Assembly: GCA_951406725.2 (NCBI GenBank)
Contig: OX597816.1
Coordinates: 15,934,001-15,998,000, forward strand
DNA length: 64,000 bases
Direction: 5' to 3'
DNA from: Octopus vulgaris
Taxonomy: Eukaryota
In this document: piece by piece, positions 13,744 through 25,936 of the stretch
Layout: every line of letters starts with the position of its first letter
Numbering within the stretch: position 1 is the stretch's first letter
Position numbers and translations under genes: made by a program
Notes under the pieces: generated by a model
Seen by the model: only the letters and a program-made list of their open reading frames with translations
Told to the model about the DNA's origin: nothing
Database searches by the model: none

Positions 13744-14184
13744 GAATTTTTCAGTAACTCAAAAAAAAAAAAAAATTTGCCCTTGGTATCTCGATTTCCT
13801 TCTGGAAATTACAAGGAGAATTTCCGCGAGGTTAAGAAGTGCAGCCTCCATATCGATTTCGAATCCGGATCTGGAATTGGTCCTCGAATCTTACAAGAGT
13901 TATTTAAAACTTTCGGGATTGATAAACTAACAACCCTATTTACTCTTTCTTGTACATGTCGCACACCAATTTAGTGTTAGATTTCGTTCCAGCATTTTTC
14001 TCTTTCGTACGTTTAACTTTGCCCCATCACGCCCCAGTTTTTGCCCAGTTTTGAAAACGAAGTATGAAACAGTGCAATTTGCGCACGAGTTTAATACAAG
14101 CTACATTCAGCTTTATTTCTAACCTCTCCTCCTTAGAAGAGTGAGGGAGAAGAAAGAAATGGGATTTATACTTGCTTGGCAAAT

Positions 14185-14932
14185 GACACGAACCGACTGC
14201 TTCCTTCTCTTAAATTTGACACCAAAAATTCTGTGCAGAAATTTATGCTCTTTATTTGGTTTGATTCGACCTCTCTCTTAAGACTTCTCACTTTCTCGCT
14301 TTCCATACATTTTCTGCGCCCACTATAACTTGGGACTACCCCCTCTCACCAGCAGTTATATTGGGAGGTGGGCAATCTTCAAACACCTCCTCCCTTGGAT
14401 CCTATCAGAAACAACTGTCCTTACGCTTTCCGACTGGATTCCGTGGCGTGACCAACTGAGACATTGGATATCATCCAACCATCTCATTCATGGTCCGCAT
14501 GGATTGAAGAATCTGCCTTGCTATTCTCTCCTGCAGCCTTTTTTTTTTTTTCTTTCATAGTCAAGAAGACAAAAAACTTAATATTCATTTTCAGTTGTTT
14601 CTTAACAGTGTAGTCATTTATGAAGTGTGAATGACCTACTCATTGACACAGTTACATTGTAGTGAAATTGTATTCGTTACCAAAGAGGTTGTCGAAAAAT
14701 GACGATTTTTTTTTTCGACACTTTATACTTGATTGTACTCTTTTACTCCTTTACTTGTTTTAGTCATTTGACTGTGACCATACTGGAGCACCGCCTTTAG
14801 TCGAGCAAATCGACCCCAGGACTTATTCTTTGTAAGCCTAGTACTTATTCTATCGGTCTCTTTTGCCGAACCGCTAAGTTACGGGGACATAAACACACCA
14901 GCGTCGGTTGTCAAGCGATGTTGGGAGGACAA

Positions 14933-14969
<37 letters not shown>

Positions 14970-15567
14970 CATATATATACATATGCATATATACGACGGG
15001 CTTCTTTCAGTTTCCGTCTACCAAATCCACTCACAAGGCTTTGGTCAGACCGAGGCTATAGTAGAAGGCACTTGCCCAAGGTGCCACGCAGTGGGACTGA
15101 ACCTGGAATCATAGCAAGCCACTTACCACACAGCCACTCCTGCGCCTACACTGTTAAGAAACAACTGAAAATGAATATTAAGTTTTTGTCTTCTTGACTA
15201 CCAAAGAAAGAAAAATGCTGCGGGAGTGAATAGCAAGGCAGATTCTTCAATCCATGCGGACCATGAATGAGATGGTTTGATGATATCTGTAATATCAGTT
15301 GGTCACGGTACGGAATCCAGTCGGAAAGCGTAAGGACAGTTTGCTTCCGATAGGATCCTAGGGAGAAGGTGCTTGAAGATTACCCACCTCCCAATATTCC
15401 TGCTGGTGGTGGGGGTAGTCCCAAGTATAGTGGGCGCAGAAAATATATGGAAAACGAGAAAGTGAGAAGTCTTGGCAGAGAGGCCGAATCAAACCAAATA
15501 TAGTGCATAAATTTCTGCATAGAACTTTTGGTGTCAAATTTAAGAGAAGGAAGCAATCGATTATGTC
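14185..15567. repeat. Long inverted repeat (~420-bp arms) with a SINE in the spacer
   Basis: 14185-14613 is the reverse complement of 15146-15567 with scattered mismatches. Confidence 0.85.
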
Positions 15568-16689
15568 TCCTTCAGTACGTGACTAAAATCTTGTTTTATT
15601 CTCCCTTCAACGGAAATACAAGGAGCAAAAGCATTGCTTGCAAATGGATACAGATTTTTAGGAGGAATTTTCATAGATGAAATTCCCAGCTACCACTCCA
15701 ATTTGTAATTTTCATCATCCTCACTGGAAATTGATTAAAAAAAACCTTTTGGGGGTTCTAGGGTCTATACATATGTTATACAAAGTTAGATAAACGTGTG
15801 GGAAGTGCAAAAACGTTTTAAAACAAGTTTGTACAACCAACTCACAGAAATGTAAAGCGTCCTCCTCGATAGAGTCAGGGTACCCTACAACTAACTACCT
15901 TTCAGTCAGTTCATTTCTGCCAACTTGGTTCTTTAAAATTGCTCCGGTTGGGCAGAGATAGCTCTTCCAAAATGTGGCATTTTGATCTTAGATCAAAATT
16001 ATCGTCATAGAAATTAAGCACTGTATATGATGGTATTTTATATGATATTTTAGATGCTAAAGTGTCTAAAAGAAAAAAAAAATCACCCGGGAGCTAAATT
16101 CGAAATTGAGGGTCTCTGTTACATCATTTCATACACCAAAAACTTCTCTTGAATATGCGCTGCCGAAATTTGGATGCGTCTAATATACCTATTTCTTTAC
16201 TACCCACAAGGGGCTAAACACAGAGAGGACAAACAATGACAGACAAACGGATTAAGTCGATTATATCGACCCCAGTGCGTAACTGGTACTTATTTAATCG
16301 ACCCCGAAAGGATGAAAGGCAAAGTCGACCTCGGCGGAATTTGAACTCAGAACGTAGCGGCAGAAAAAATACCCCTAAGCATTTTGCCCGGTGTGCTAAC
16401 ATTTCTGCCAGCTCGCCGCCTTACGTCTAATATACCAATGAGGTTATGTTATCAAACACGGTATTTATTTAGTAGAAGAATAAAAGAGCATGAAATAGAC
16501 TTTATATGTATGAATACTGATAAAATAAGCCATTAGCATCTGGCTTTCCTAAATTTAGGAGTTAGAAATTAAAAATATTTTCGTTGACAAATTGTGCTAC
16601 TGGATTAGTAAATCTTTTCCGTTTACTCTCGTCTCAAGCGGCGAGTGTGATCTCTTAGCAGCGGACCTTCGGAATAGCTATCACTTATA

Positions 16690-16890
16690 TTTAGTTAATC
16701 CAAACATGAAACGTGAGGACGTGGAACAAGTATAGTGTTATTGGACGCTCAGGAAAGGAAAGAAAGGAGGAGGATTTAACGTTTCGAGCGGAGCTCTTCG
16801 TCAGAAACATGGGAAAAGGAAAGATCCAAGGAAGGGAAGACGGAGGAAAAATATCGCCAACGATACACACGCGGTCACATATTGAATGAC
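16690..16890 (-). mobile_element. Penelope-like terminal repeat fragment with a hammerhead-like core
   Basis: On -: CTGACGA-A-GAGC-TCC-GCTC-GAAA-CGTTA at 16776-16804; related copy in opposite orientation at 46085-46280. Confidence 0.55.
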
Positions 16891-17944
16891 CGGAAGGGAA
16901 TGGGTGAGAGAAAGAAACCGACAAAGAATTGGGTGGTTGTTTTCTTCTGTGAAAGAATTACCTAAAAACTTTAAAAAAAAACCCCGTACCTTTAACAGGT
17001 TGAGGTCGTTGATAGATTGACAGGGACGAAATCAAACAGTATTAAAGTTTTGAATTAGTTTCTGCAGTGCGCAAAGTTAAATAACCAATTCTATAAACTA
17101 CGCGCGAGATATACTCTTTACTCTTTTTTACTCTTTTACTTGTTTCAGTCATTTGACTGCGGCCATGCTGGAGCACCACCTTTAATCGAGCAACTCGACA
17201 CCGGGACTTATTCTTTTGTAAGCCCAGTACTTATTCTATCGGTCTCTTTTGCCGAACCGCTAAGTAACGGGGACATAAACACACCAGCATCGGTTGTCAA
17301 GCAATGCTAGGGGGACAAACACAGACACACAAACACACACACGCATATATATACATATATACGACGGGCTTCTTTCAGTTTCCGTCTACCAAATCCACTC
17401 ACAAGGCTTTGGTCGGCCCGAGGCTATAGTAGAAGACACTTGCCCAAGGTGCCACGCAGTGGGAATGAACCCGGAACCATGTGGTTGGTAAACAAGCTAC
17501 TTACCACACAGCCACTCCTGCGCCTATATATATATATTTATTCATTTAACTAACTTTGCGAAGTATCGAATTGGAGGGGAAAAAAATTTAACGGAATAAA
17601 TATTTGTAATATACAATTGACGATTCAAATAAGTGTCTGACCAGTTCTCCATTCAAAGATCTATGAACCGAAGAATTTGGTTCCAGGCTGCATTTAATAA
17701 TATACCGTGAGTTATTCAGTCAAATATTTTCCTACACTTCTTACATATATTCTTGTAACTTTTACGGTTCGTGTTGTGAAAGAAATACGGTGGTTATGAG
17801 AATTTTGGAAGACACTTTCATAGAAAGAATTCCTCATAATATAACTTAATTTTTTTCTCAAAATAATTCTTTGTACGAGCATTATGCAAGTCCCATGAAA
17901 GAGAAAGATCGGTTCCTATTGATTTTTAATAATAATTTTTACTG

Positions 17945-18480
17945 CAGTGGAGCTTATTCGTTCTTTTTGTAGAGATATAGTATGGTGGTAAGCTAAGTTC
18001 CATTATAGATGTAAAGCTGTAGGGAAGATCAGTTCTAACGGCGATGAGCTGCGCCTAAGGAAGAGATCATTTTTACTGAAGTTGCTGATACGAGGAATCG
18101 TTTCTACTTGTGGGTGAGCTCATTTCTATCATAGAAGTAGGCGAGAGGAGAAATCATTTCTGCTGTTGAAGAAAGCGATAGGGAAAATCATTTCTGCTGT
18201 TGACACATGCTCTTGAACTCATTTCAGTTAGAGGTAGGCTCTTGGTGAGTTCAATTCAGCTGTAGAGTCAGGCTCATAGTGAGCTCATTTCAACTGTAGA
18301 GGTAGCTTCACAGTGATCTCATTGTAACTATAGAGGTTAGCCTCACAGTGAGCTTATTTCAGCTTTAGAAAGAGGCTCCTGGTGAACTCATTTCAGCTGT
18401 GGAAGTAGGTTCACAGTGAGCTCATTTCAGCTATTGAGGTGACCGCAGATAGGCTCTATGTGAAGTCATCGATTTCTGCC
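17945..18480. repeat. Degenerate ~34-bp minisatellite
   Basis: Consensus about GTGAGCTCATTTCAGCTGTAGAGGTAGGCTCACA; clearest at 18245-18440. Confidence 0.8.
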
Positions 18481-19689
18481 CACTCATGGCGAGCTCATTA
18501 TCTCCCTCCAAAGAAATTGACAAGGGAAAGTCATAATCTATATCTGCCACAACAAATCACCGATTGTGGAGACGGTGAAAGGAAATTGCGTCATGTTTAC
18601 TTAGTCAACAACTATTTTATTTCTAACTGGTTTATGTGTTAACACAAGTTTAAAATAAAATGCATAAAAATTGAATAAAAACTCGAGGTATGTCTTTCGC
18701 TGCTTGACTAGGCTATAAAGTTTTATGGCATCGTTGGATATTGTCACAATCATTTAATGAAATGCTATTATATTTGTCGCTTTCTTCTTCATATCTAACT
18801 CGTAAACATAAATTTTTCGAGTGTACATATTTATATTGGCCTTCTAAGTTTGTGAATGTGTGTAGTGACGGATAATCACTATTAAGTACTGTGCCAATTG
18901 TAAACAACTTGAAATGACATAAAAAAAAAGCGAGAAAAAGCACAGACAAGACATGTCACAAATGAGGTGACTGCTTGATGGTTAACAATACTTCACTAGG
19001 CTAGTCAGCGAGGGAGCCTCTTCGTTGTCGCCCAAACTGCTAGAAATAGCGAGTAAATCTCCCTCAACATCTTACCGTCTTAGAAAACGAACGAAAGATT
19101 AAAAAATGTGGTGCTATGTGTATAATTGGAAGAATATGTGATGGTTACGGTTGGAATGCGTTTGATAATAAATCTGGTTGATGTGGGTTGACATGGAGCT
19201 AAACAACAAACTGTCTGGTTTCTCGCCTGGTAAATAATAGAAGCGTGATTCGATTCCTCGTCACCAGATATATTCTTTCAAAACATCAAAATTGGTATTT
19301 TTACAAATGTATAATGTTTAGCATTGGAGTGGAACATCGAAATAAATCGTGACGTATATTTGCCATTTAAATATGGCTAACCCCTGTTTTCCAGCAATTA
19401 GTTTCGTTCCTTTGACTTTCTGAGTTCAAAACACACCAAAATTGATTTTAATTTTCACCCTTCCATGGGTCGATTAAATAAAGTACAGCTTAAGTACCTG
19501 TGTCAAAATAAACAAAATAACAGTTAATCATTCATTGTTCTAGATAGGTCCCATATTCCGGAATCATTGGAATTTTTTTTTCGTTGAATGAATTCCGGTG
19601 ACCTAATATGCTACAAAACCCTTTTTGGGTTCCGGAAAACGGGTGGGTGAGGTGGAAACCTCGGAAATTTCACCCTCCACCCCCATTGA

Positions 19690-20950
19690 TCCTTTCACCC
19701 GATTTTCACTAAGAAAAAAAAAACTCGGATTTTTTACATGGAATCAGGTACCCTGACCTCCTAATATGCAGCAAGCAAACTCCTTATTTTTGTTCGGAAA
19801 AGGGTGGGGACCGGACCCCCTTCCATATCCTGGAATCATTGGAAATTCGTTGACTGAATTCCGGTGACCTCCTAATATACTACAGAACCCTTCTTTTGGT
19901 CCGGAAAACGGGGTGGAACCCTCGGCAATTTCAACCTCACCCCCATTTTCAAATATTTTGTGCTATTTCTTTCTTTACCCATTATTTTAGATAACATTTT
20001 GCAGAAATACGTTTTCGAGAAAGTGTGGATTACATTAGATTGAAAATTCAAAGAAGTTTGAAATGAATAAGGGAAAATGCAGAAGTTAGTGGTAACCGAA
20101 GTCAGATAACGAATGATAATAATTTTACGTGCCACCAGCACTGGCGTGGCCGATGCCAATGCCATATGACTGGCCCCCGTGCCAGTCACACTTGAAATGA
20201 GGCCTCCTGGCTTGCCAGTCCTCAGTCAAACCGTCCAAAACTCATGCTAGCATGGAAAGCAGACGTTAAACGATGATGATGTATTATGATAGATTGTTAC
20301 CCATTCAACTTCTATAGCCTCTGCATTTTCACTTATTCATTTCAAACTTCTTCGCAAAATGTTATCTAAAATTATGGGCAAAGAAAGAAATAATAAATAA
20401 GTAAATGCGCCCTTTTTGAAGCCTAGCCAAGCTCATGGGCCCGGATTCCCGGTTTCTATGGCGTATGTGTTCCCCAGCTGGACGGGATGCCAGTCCATCG
20501 CAGCGTTACTCATTTTTGCCAGCTGAGTGGACTGGAGCAACGTGAAATGAAGTGTTTTGCTCAAGAACACAACGCGTCGCCCGGTCCAGGAATCGAAACC
20601 ACAATCTTACGATCATGATGCTGACACCCTAACCACTAAGCCACGTGCCTCCACAAAGAAAGAAATAGCAAAATATATTTGAGAATGGGGTTGAAATTAC
20701 CGAGGGTTCCACCCCACCCCATTTTCCGGTCCTCAAAACGGGTTTTGTAGCATATTAGAAGGTCACCGGAATTCAGTCAGCGGAAAAAAAATTCTAATGA
20801 TTCTGGAATATGGGGAGGAGGCGCGGTTCCGCCTCCATCTTTTTTTCTCCGAACAAAAATGAGATTGCAGCATATTAGGAGGTCAGGGTACTTGATTCCA
20901 CGCAAAAATCTGGGTTTTTTTTTCTTACTTAAAATCATGCGGGTAAAAGG
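19690..20950. repeat. Older inverted repeat (arms about 19690-20085 and 20320-20950) with nested SINEs
   Basis: Blocks such as GAATTCCGGTGACCTCCTAATAT and TGACCTCCTAATATGC recur as reverse complements. Confidence 0.75.
20393..20653 (-). mobile_element. tRNA-derived SINE family D (CORE-like plus V-domain-like blocks), full length
   Basis: A box TGGCTTAGTGG, B box GTTTCGATTCC, GCGATGGACTGGCATCCCGTCCAG block; perfect 14-bp TSD CAAAGAAAGAAATA. Related head at 59480-59800. Confidence 0.8.
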
Positions 20951-22577
20951 ATAAAAAGTTACCAAGTGTTTAGTTTGGTTTGGTTTCCTCGTAACTTTCA
21001 AAAGATTTAATATTTTTCAATGAAAATTTCTATAAATTCCTAACAGTTGGTGTAATTTATGATTACACTGGAATTTCACGGAAAAAAAAAAAGGTCGGTG
21101 CACACGCATTACTGTAAATATGTTAGTACACATATCTACAGTAATCCCTCGACTATCGCTTGTGTTACGTTCCAAAACAACCGCGAGAGTACTCCCTTTC
21201 TCTCTTTTACTTTTTTCAGTCATTTTGACTGCGGCCATGCTAGAGCACCGCCTTTAGTCGAGCAAATCGACCCCGGGACTTATTCTTTGTAAGCCCAGTA
21301 CTTATTCTATCTGTCTGTTTTGCCGAACCGCTAAGTGACGGCGACGTAAACACACCAGCATCGGTTGTCAAGCAAGGCTAGGGGGACAAACACAGACACA
21401 CATATATACGACGAGCTTCTTTCAGTTTCCGTCTACCAAATCCACTCACAAGGCTTTGGTCGGCCTGAGGCTATAGTAGAAGACACTTGCCCAAGGTACC
21501 ACGCAGTGGGACTGAACCCGGAACCATGTGGTTGGTAAGCAAGCTACTTACCACACAGCCACTCCTGTGTACTGTATACATTTAATTATTTTTATTATTT
21601 GTGTATATTTATTTTATTATAAATGCAAACCAACACCGCGGAGGAATCGACGTAAGCTTAAATAATAAAGCGCGATAGGTGAACCGCAATATAGCGAGGG
21701 ATTCAAAATGGGACATGAAACATTAAAAAAATTATGTGATGTGTCTCATTATGTATATGTACACACTCGCCTTCTTCTTTTCCACATTAAATTCCGTTAT
21801 AATCACAATTTACACTATCTGAAGCATGATTGTCGAAAATTTCATTAAAAAATACCCATTTTATGAAAATTATGAGGAGATAAAGTCGGAGGGAGCATTT
21901 CTCTGAAAGTTATGAGAAAACCAAGTCGATTCGTGTGAATTATCCGAAACTTCCCCCTCGACGAAATATTTTCCCCGAAATAACAATCCTCGCCATCTTT
22001 ACTCTTTTACTTGTTACAGTCATTTTGACTGCGGCCATGCTGGAGCACCGCCTTTAGTCGAGCAAATCGACCCCAGGACTTATTCTTTGTAAGCCTAGTA
22101 CTTATTCTATCGGTTACTTTTGCCGAACCGCTAAGTTACGGGGACGTAAACACACCAGCATCGGTTGTCAAACGATGTTAGAGACACACAAACACACATA
22201 TATACGACGGGCTTCTTTTAGTTTCCGTCTACCATATCCACTCACAAGGCTTTGATCGGCCTGAGGCTATAGTAGAAGATCCGAAGACACTTGCCCAAGG
22301 TTCACGCAGTGGCAATGAACCCTGAACTATGTGGTTCGTAAGCAAGCTACTTACCACACAGCCACTCTGTTTATATACTTTTTATGTATATATGTACGTG
22401 TTTAAGTACATATATGTATATTTGTGAATGTATGTATGTGCATATACATGTATTTTTCTGTACACACAAATACATACATATACAATACTTACATAAACAA
22501 ACATACATAGATATACACATAAACACAGCAAAGGTAAACAATACGCACACCACCCGTTTTTGACCTAACCCTAACCC

Positions 22578-22799
22578 GGTACTACTTAAGAAGAGTGGTC
22601 CCAGTGCGCACACTCGCGCATCCGCACTAGCTAGTCGTGACTAGTCGATCCTACAACTAGCTAGTAAAGTAAATGAAACACAAAATAAATAATTTTTTTA
22701 AAACAAAGTACATAAAACACAAAAACACAAAGTAAGGATCGACTAGCTATCGTGGATGCGCGAGTGCGCGCACTGGGACCACTCTTCTTAAGTAGTACC
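22578..22799. mobile_element. MITE family with GGTACTACTT TIRs, copy 1
   Basis: Long TIR GGTACTACTTAAGAAGAGTGGTCCCAGTGCGC; TSD (C)CCTAACCC. Confidence 0.85.
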
Positions 22800-23807
22800 C
22801 CTAACCCTAAACACCTGATGCGTATTCTTTACCTTCGCCCATAAACTCATAATACATACCCCAAAAAATAACGATTTAGCTGTAAAAAAAAAAGAAGAAA
22901 GAGAGAGAAATTATACTTTTTTACTGAAATTTTACCGAAGAAAGACTTTCACTTTACACGTACTATCAAAAAAGGTTGCAAATTCTCTCTGGCATACCTG
23001 CTGTAAAGATTCCAAACCAATTACCCGGCTTCTAGGAAACCGATTTATTTTGGACCATTTTGAATTTGGCGGGTTTTGTGCTCGTTCGCCTCTTGATTTT
23101 TTGTTTTGATTTTTGTGGTGTACGTGCCACATGTCAGCTTCTTGTATGACAGCTGGTGTGTACACTTGTCTCTCTCTTTACACAATTGTGGTGGTTTAAA
23201 TATTAAGTTTTAAGCAGTGAACTACAAAATCAAGGAAAGCAGATCCCTTGTCATCGTACGCTTGCCAGATAAATATAGTCTGGTACCTATAATACTCATT
23301 AAACGATTCCCTACCATTTTAATTACTGTTCATTTTACAAATTATTTTACTGGGTTTCGTGCTATTTCTCATGTTACATTATAACGACATTTAACGGGGA
23401 AAATGTTAAACGGCATAAGTACAGAAGTGTGCCCCCAACATGTCAACTTTGTTTCCTCAAAACTTTACGAAAAATGCATTTTTTAACGAAATTTGCCTGA
23501 GATACATTTTAAATGGTATAGATTGGGGATGGATTGGAATTTGCCGTAAAAGAAGAGTTTTGGATAATTCACTCACTACGATTTGTTTCTTCATAACTTT
23601 CTGGAAAATTGATACTTTTTAAACAATTTTTTTACACCATATGTTTTGTATGGTGTAGATTGAGGTAACATCGAACCAATTTTGATGAGGTGTGAATTAT
23701 TAACCCCACCTCGCTATACTTTTTTTACATCGAACTCCGAAATAATCGGAATCTATAACATTTGAAGCATATTTTTTGAAAAATTTGTTTAAAAATATCC
23801 ATTTTTC

Positions 23808-24072
23808 GGCACTACTTGAGAACAGTGGTCCCGGTGCGCGCACTCGCGTAGTCGCGCATCCGCGCTAGCTAGTCGTAACTAGTCGATCCTACAACGACTA
23901 CGTAGCAAAGTAAATAAAACGCAAAATAAATAATTTTTTTACACAAAGTAAATAATTTTTGTTAAACAAAGTAAATAAAACACAAAAACACAAAGTAAGG
24001 ATCGACTAGTCATGACTAGCTAGCGCGGGTACGCGAGTGCGCGCACCGGGACCACTGTTCTCAAGTAGTACC
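23808..24072. mobile_element. MITE family with GGTACTACTT TIRs, copy 2
   Basis: Same TIR; TSD (C)CATTTTTC. Confidence 0.85.
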
Positions 24073-24924
24073 CATTTTTCATGATGTTATTATGAAACCA
24101 AGACGGGGTTTTTGTGTAGAGGAGTGGGGGCGAGGCCCACATCTTTTTGTTATTGCCGTTACACAAATACCTACTGTATGGCCTTGACCCGAAAACAGTG
24201 ACCTCGCGATTTTGCTGAATAATAATGTTGTTTACCTAAAAAGTTCTTAACCGTTAATGAATGACATATTTACACACACACACACACTCCTTTGGTAAGT
24301 GTATAGTGGTGAGAGCTTTTGCAAAACTGGAAAATACTAGGTTAAATAGAAGCAGTGCATTATTTTTAGTTAAAATCATATGTTAGACAAGATGATAACA
24401 AATCAATATTGATTTTATTCGTTCATTGAGTTCACAAGACTTTAGAGTTTCCAAATATTTATTTCTCTCAGTTTGCTGTACTTATTTAATGAAAGTGAAC
24501 AACAAATTAACACATGCAATGATATTTTGCGATGCACTACAAACAACCCTAACCCTAATTCTAAATCCTAAAACCTAACCCTAACTTAGATTAACCCTCA
24601 GTATATAACATATAACCATGTACATCTTTTAGAACATTGTCATTATATAAAATTTTGCTGGGAAACTTATAAATTAACATAAACATTTAGTTACCTGAAA
24701 GAAAATTACCGTAGTACTTTCACCTAATTCTTCCAAATGTTTCTGTTAAAACTGTATTGAAACCATTTGTGGAGAAAGTTTTGTATCACAGCAGCTGGTC
24801 ACACACCACAAGGTTTAACGGGACCTTCTGAAGCAAGCCAGCATGGTCACAGCATTACCGCGGGCGATGGCATCAGCTGAAAAAAACCCTGTTGTGTGTG
24901 TGTGTGTATGTATATATATACCAT

Positions 24925-25320
24925 TATCGTCATCATCATTTAACGTCCGCTTTCCATACTAGCATTGGTTGGACGATTTGACTGAGGACTGGCAAACCAG
25001 ATGGCTGCACCAGGCTCCAATCTGATCTGGTAGGGTTTCTACAGCTGGATGCTCTTCCTAACGCCAACCACTCCAAGAGTATAGTGGGTGCTTCAATGTG
25101 CCACCGGCACGAGGGCTAGTCAGGCGGTACTGGCAACGGCCATGCTCAAATGGTGTTTTTTACGTGCCACCTACACAGGAGTCAGTCCAGACTTTGCTCG
25201 AATGTTTTGTTCACGTGCCACTGGCACAAGTGCCAGTAAGGCAACACTGGTAACAATAACGCTCAAATGGTGCTTTTTATGTGCCACCGGCATGGAAGCC
25301 AGACAACTGCTCTGGCAGTG
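24925..25320 (-). mobile_element. SINE/LINE-tail family C with (GAT)n tail
   Basis: Shared blocks GTTGGCGTTAGGAAGGGCATCCAGCTGTAG and CCCATGCTAGCATGGAAAGCGGACGTTAAACGATGATG; other copies near 20130, 26500-26830, 36630, 42120, 43625, 56160, 63590. Confidence 0.7.
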
Positions 25321-25561
25321 ACACACACACAACAGGCTATTTTTAGTTTCCGTCTACCAGATCCACTCACAAAGCTTTCCAAGTTATTCCAAGGCTATAA
25401 TAGAATAGACTTGTCCAAGGTGCCATCCAATGGGACTGAACCCAGACCCATGTGATTGGGAAACAAGTTTCTTACCACACAACCATACCTGCACAATAAA
25501 TTGTTTATTCTACAATACACAAAATTTAACCGTTTTTTTTTTATATAATTCCTAATAATAA

Positions 25562-25936
25562 TCTATATATATAAAAGCTGAAGTTGTCTGTGTGTGGCAG
25601 GTTTGGTAGCCTTCAACTAACACTACTCCTCCGAGACCCTGTGGTGCAAGGTGACCAAAATTGAAAGTAGGATAGAAGAAGGCTTGCTCTTCATTCTGTA
25701 AAAGATAAAATTCAAATCGGACCATGTGAAGACCAAAAATTATTTACACCAAAAAGGTGCTTTTTTTCTATGAAAATCCCTATTTTTTACGATTTTTTTA
25801 CTGCTGCGTCACCATTTTTCAGTGTATTTCAACCAGAAAAATGTTCACTTAAAGAGAATAACAAGCTACATAATGCAAAATTTCCAATTCTAAAGGGTCG
25901 AAACAAACCCCAAGTAACACTGGGCGACACTGCTAG
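25562..25936 (+). mobile_element. Non-autonomous Helitron, subfamily 1, full length
   Basis: A|TC...hairpin...CTAG|T termini, no TSD. Confidence 0.8.

Noticed and set aside
17945-18480. CRISPR-like array (34-bp period)
   Set aside because: Units are contiguous with no unique spacers, the context is eukaryotic, and there are no cas genes
13617-24597. (TAACCC)n tracts at about 13617, 22563 and 24544 as interstitial telomere or fusion scars
   Set aside because: Only a few degenerate units each, at least one inside a MITE; typical of transposon interiors
24688-24705. Recursive splice site tttctttcag|gtaact on -
   Set aside because: Wrong strand for USP and beyond the end of the minus gene; no transcript to assign it to
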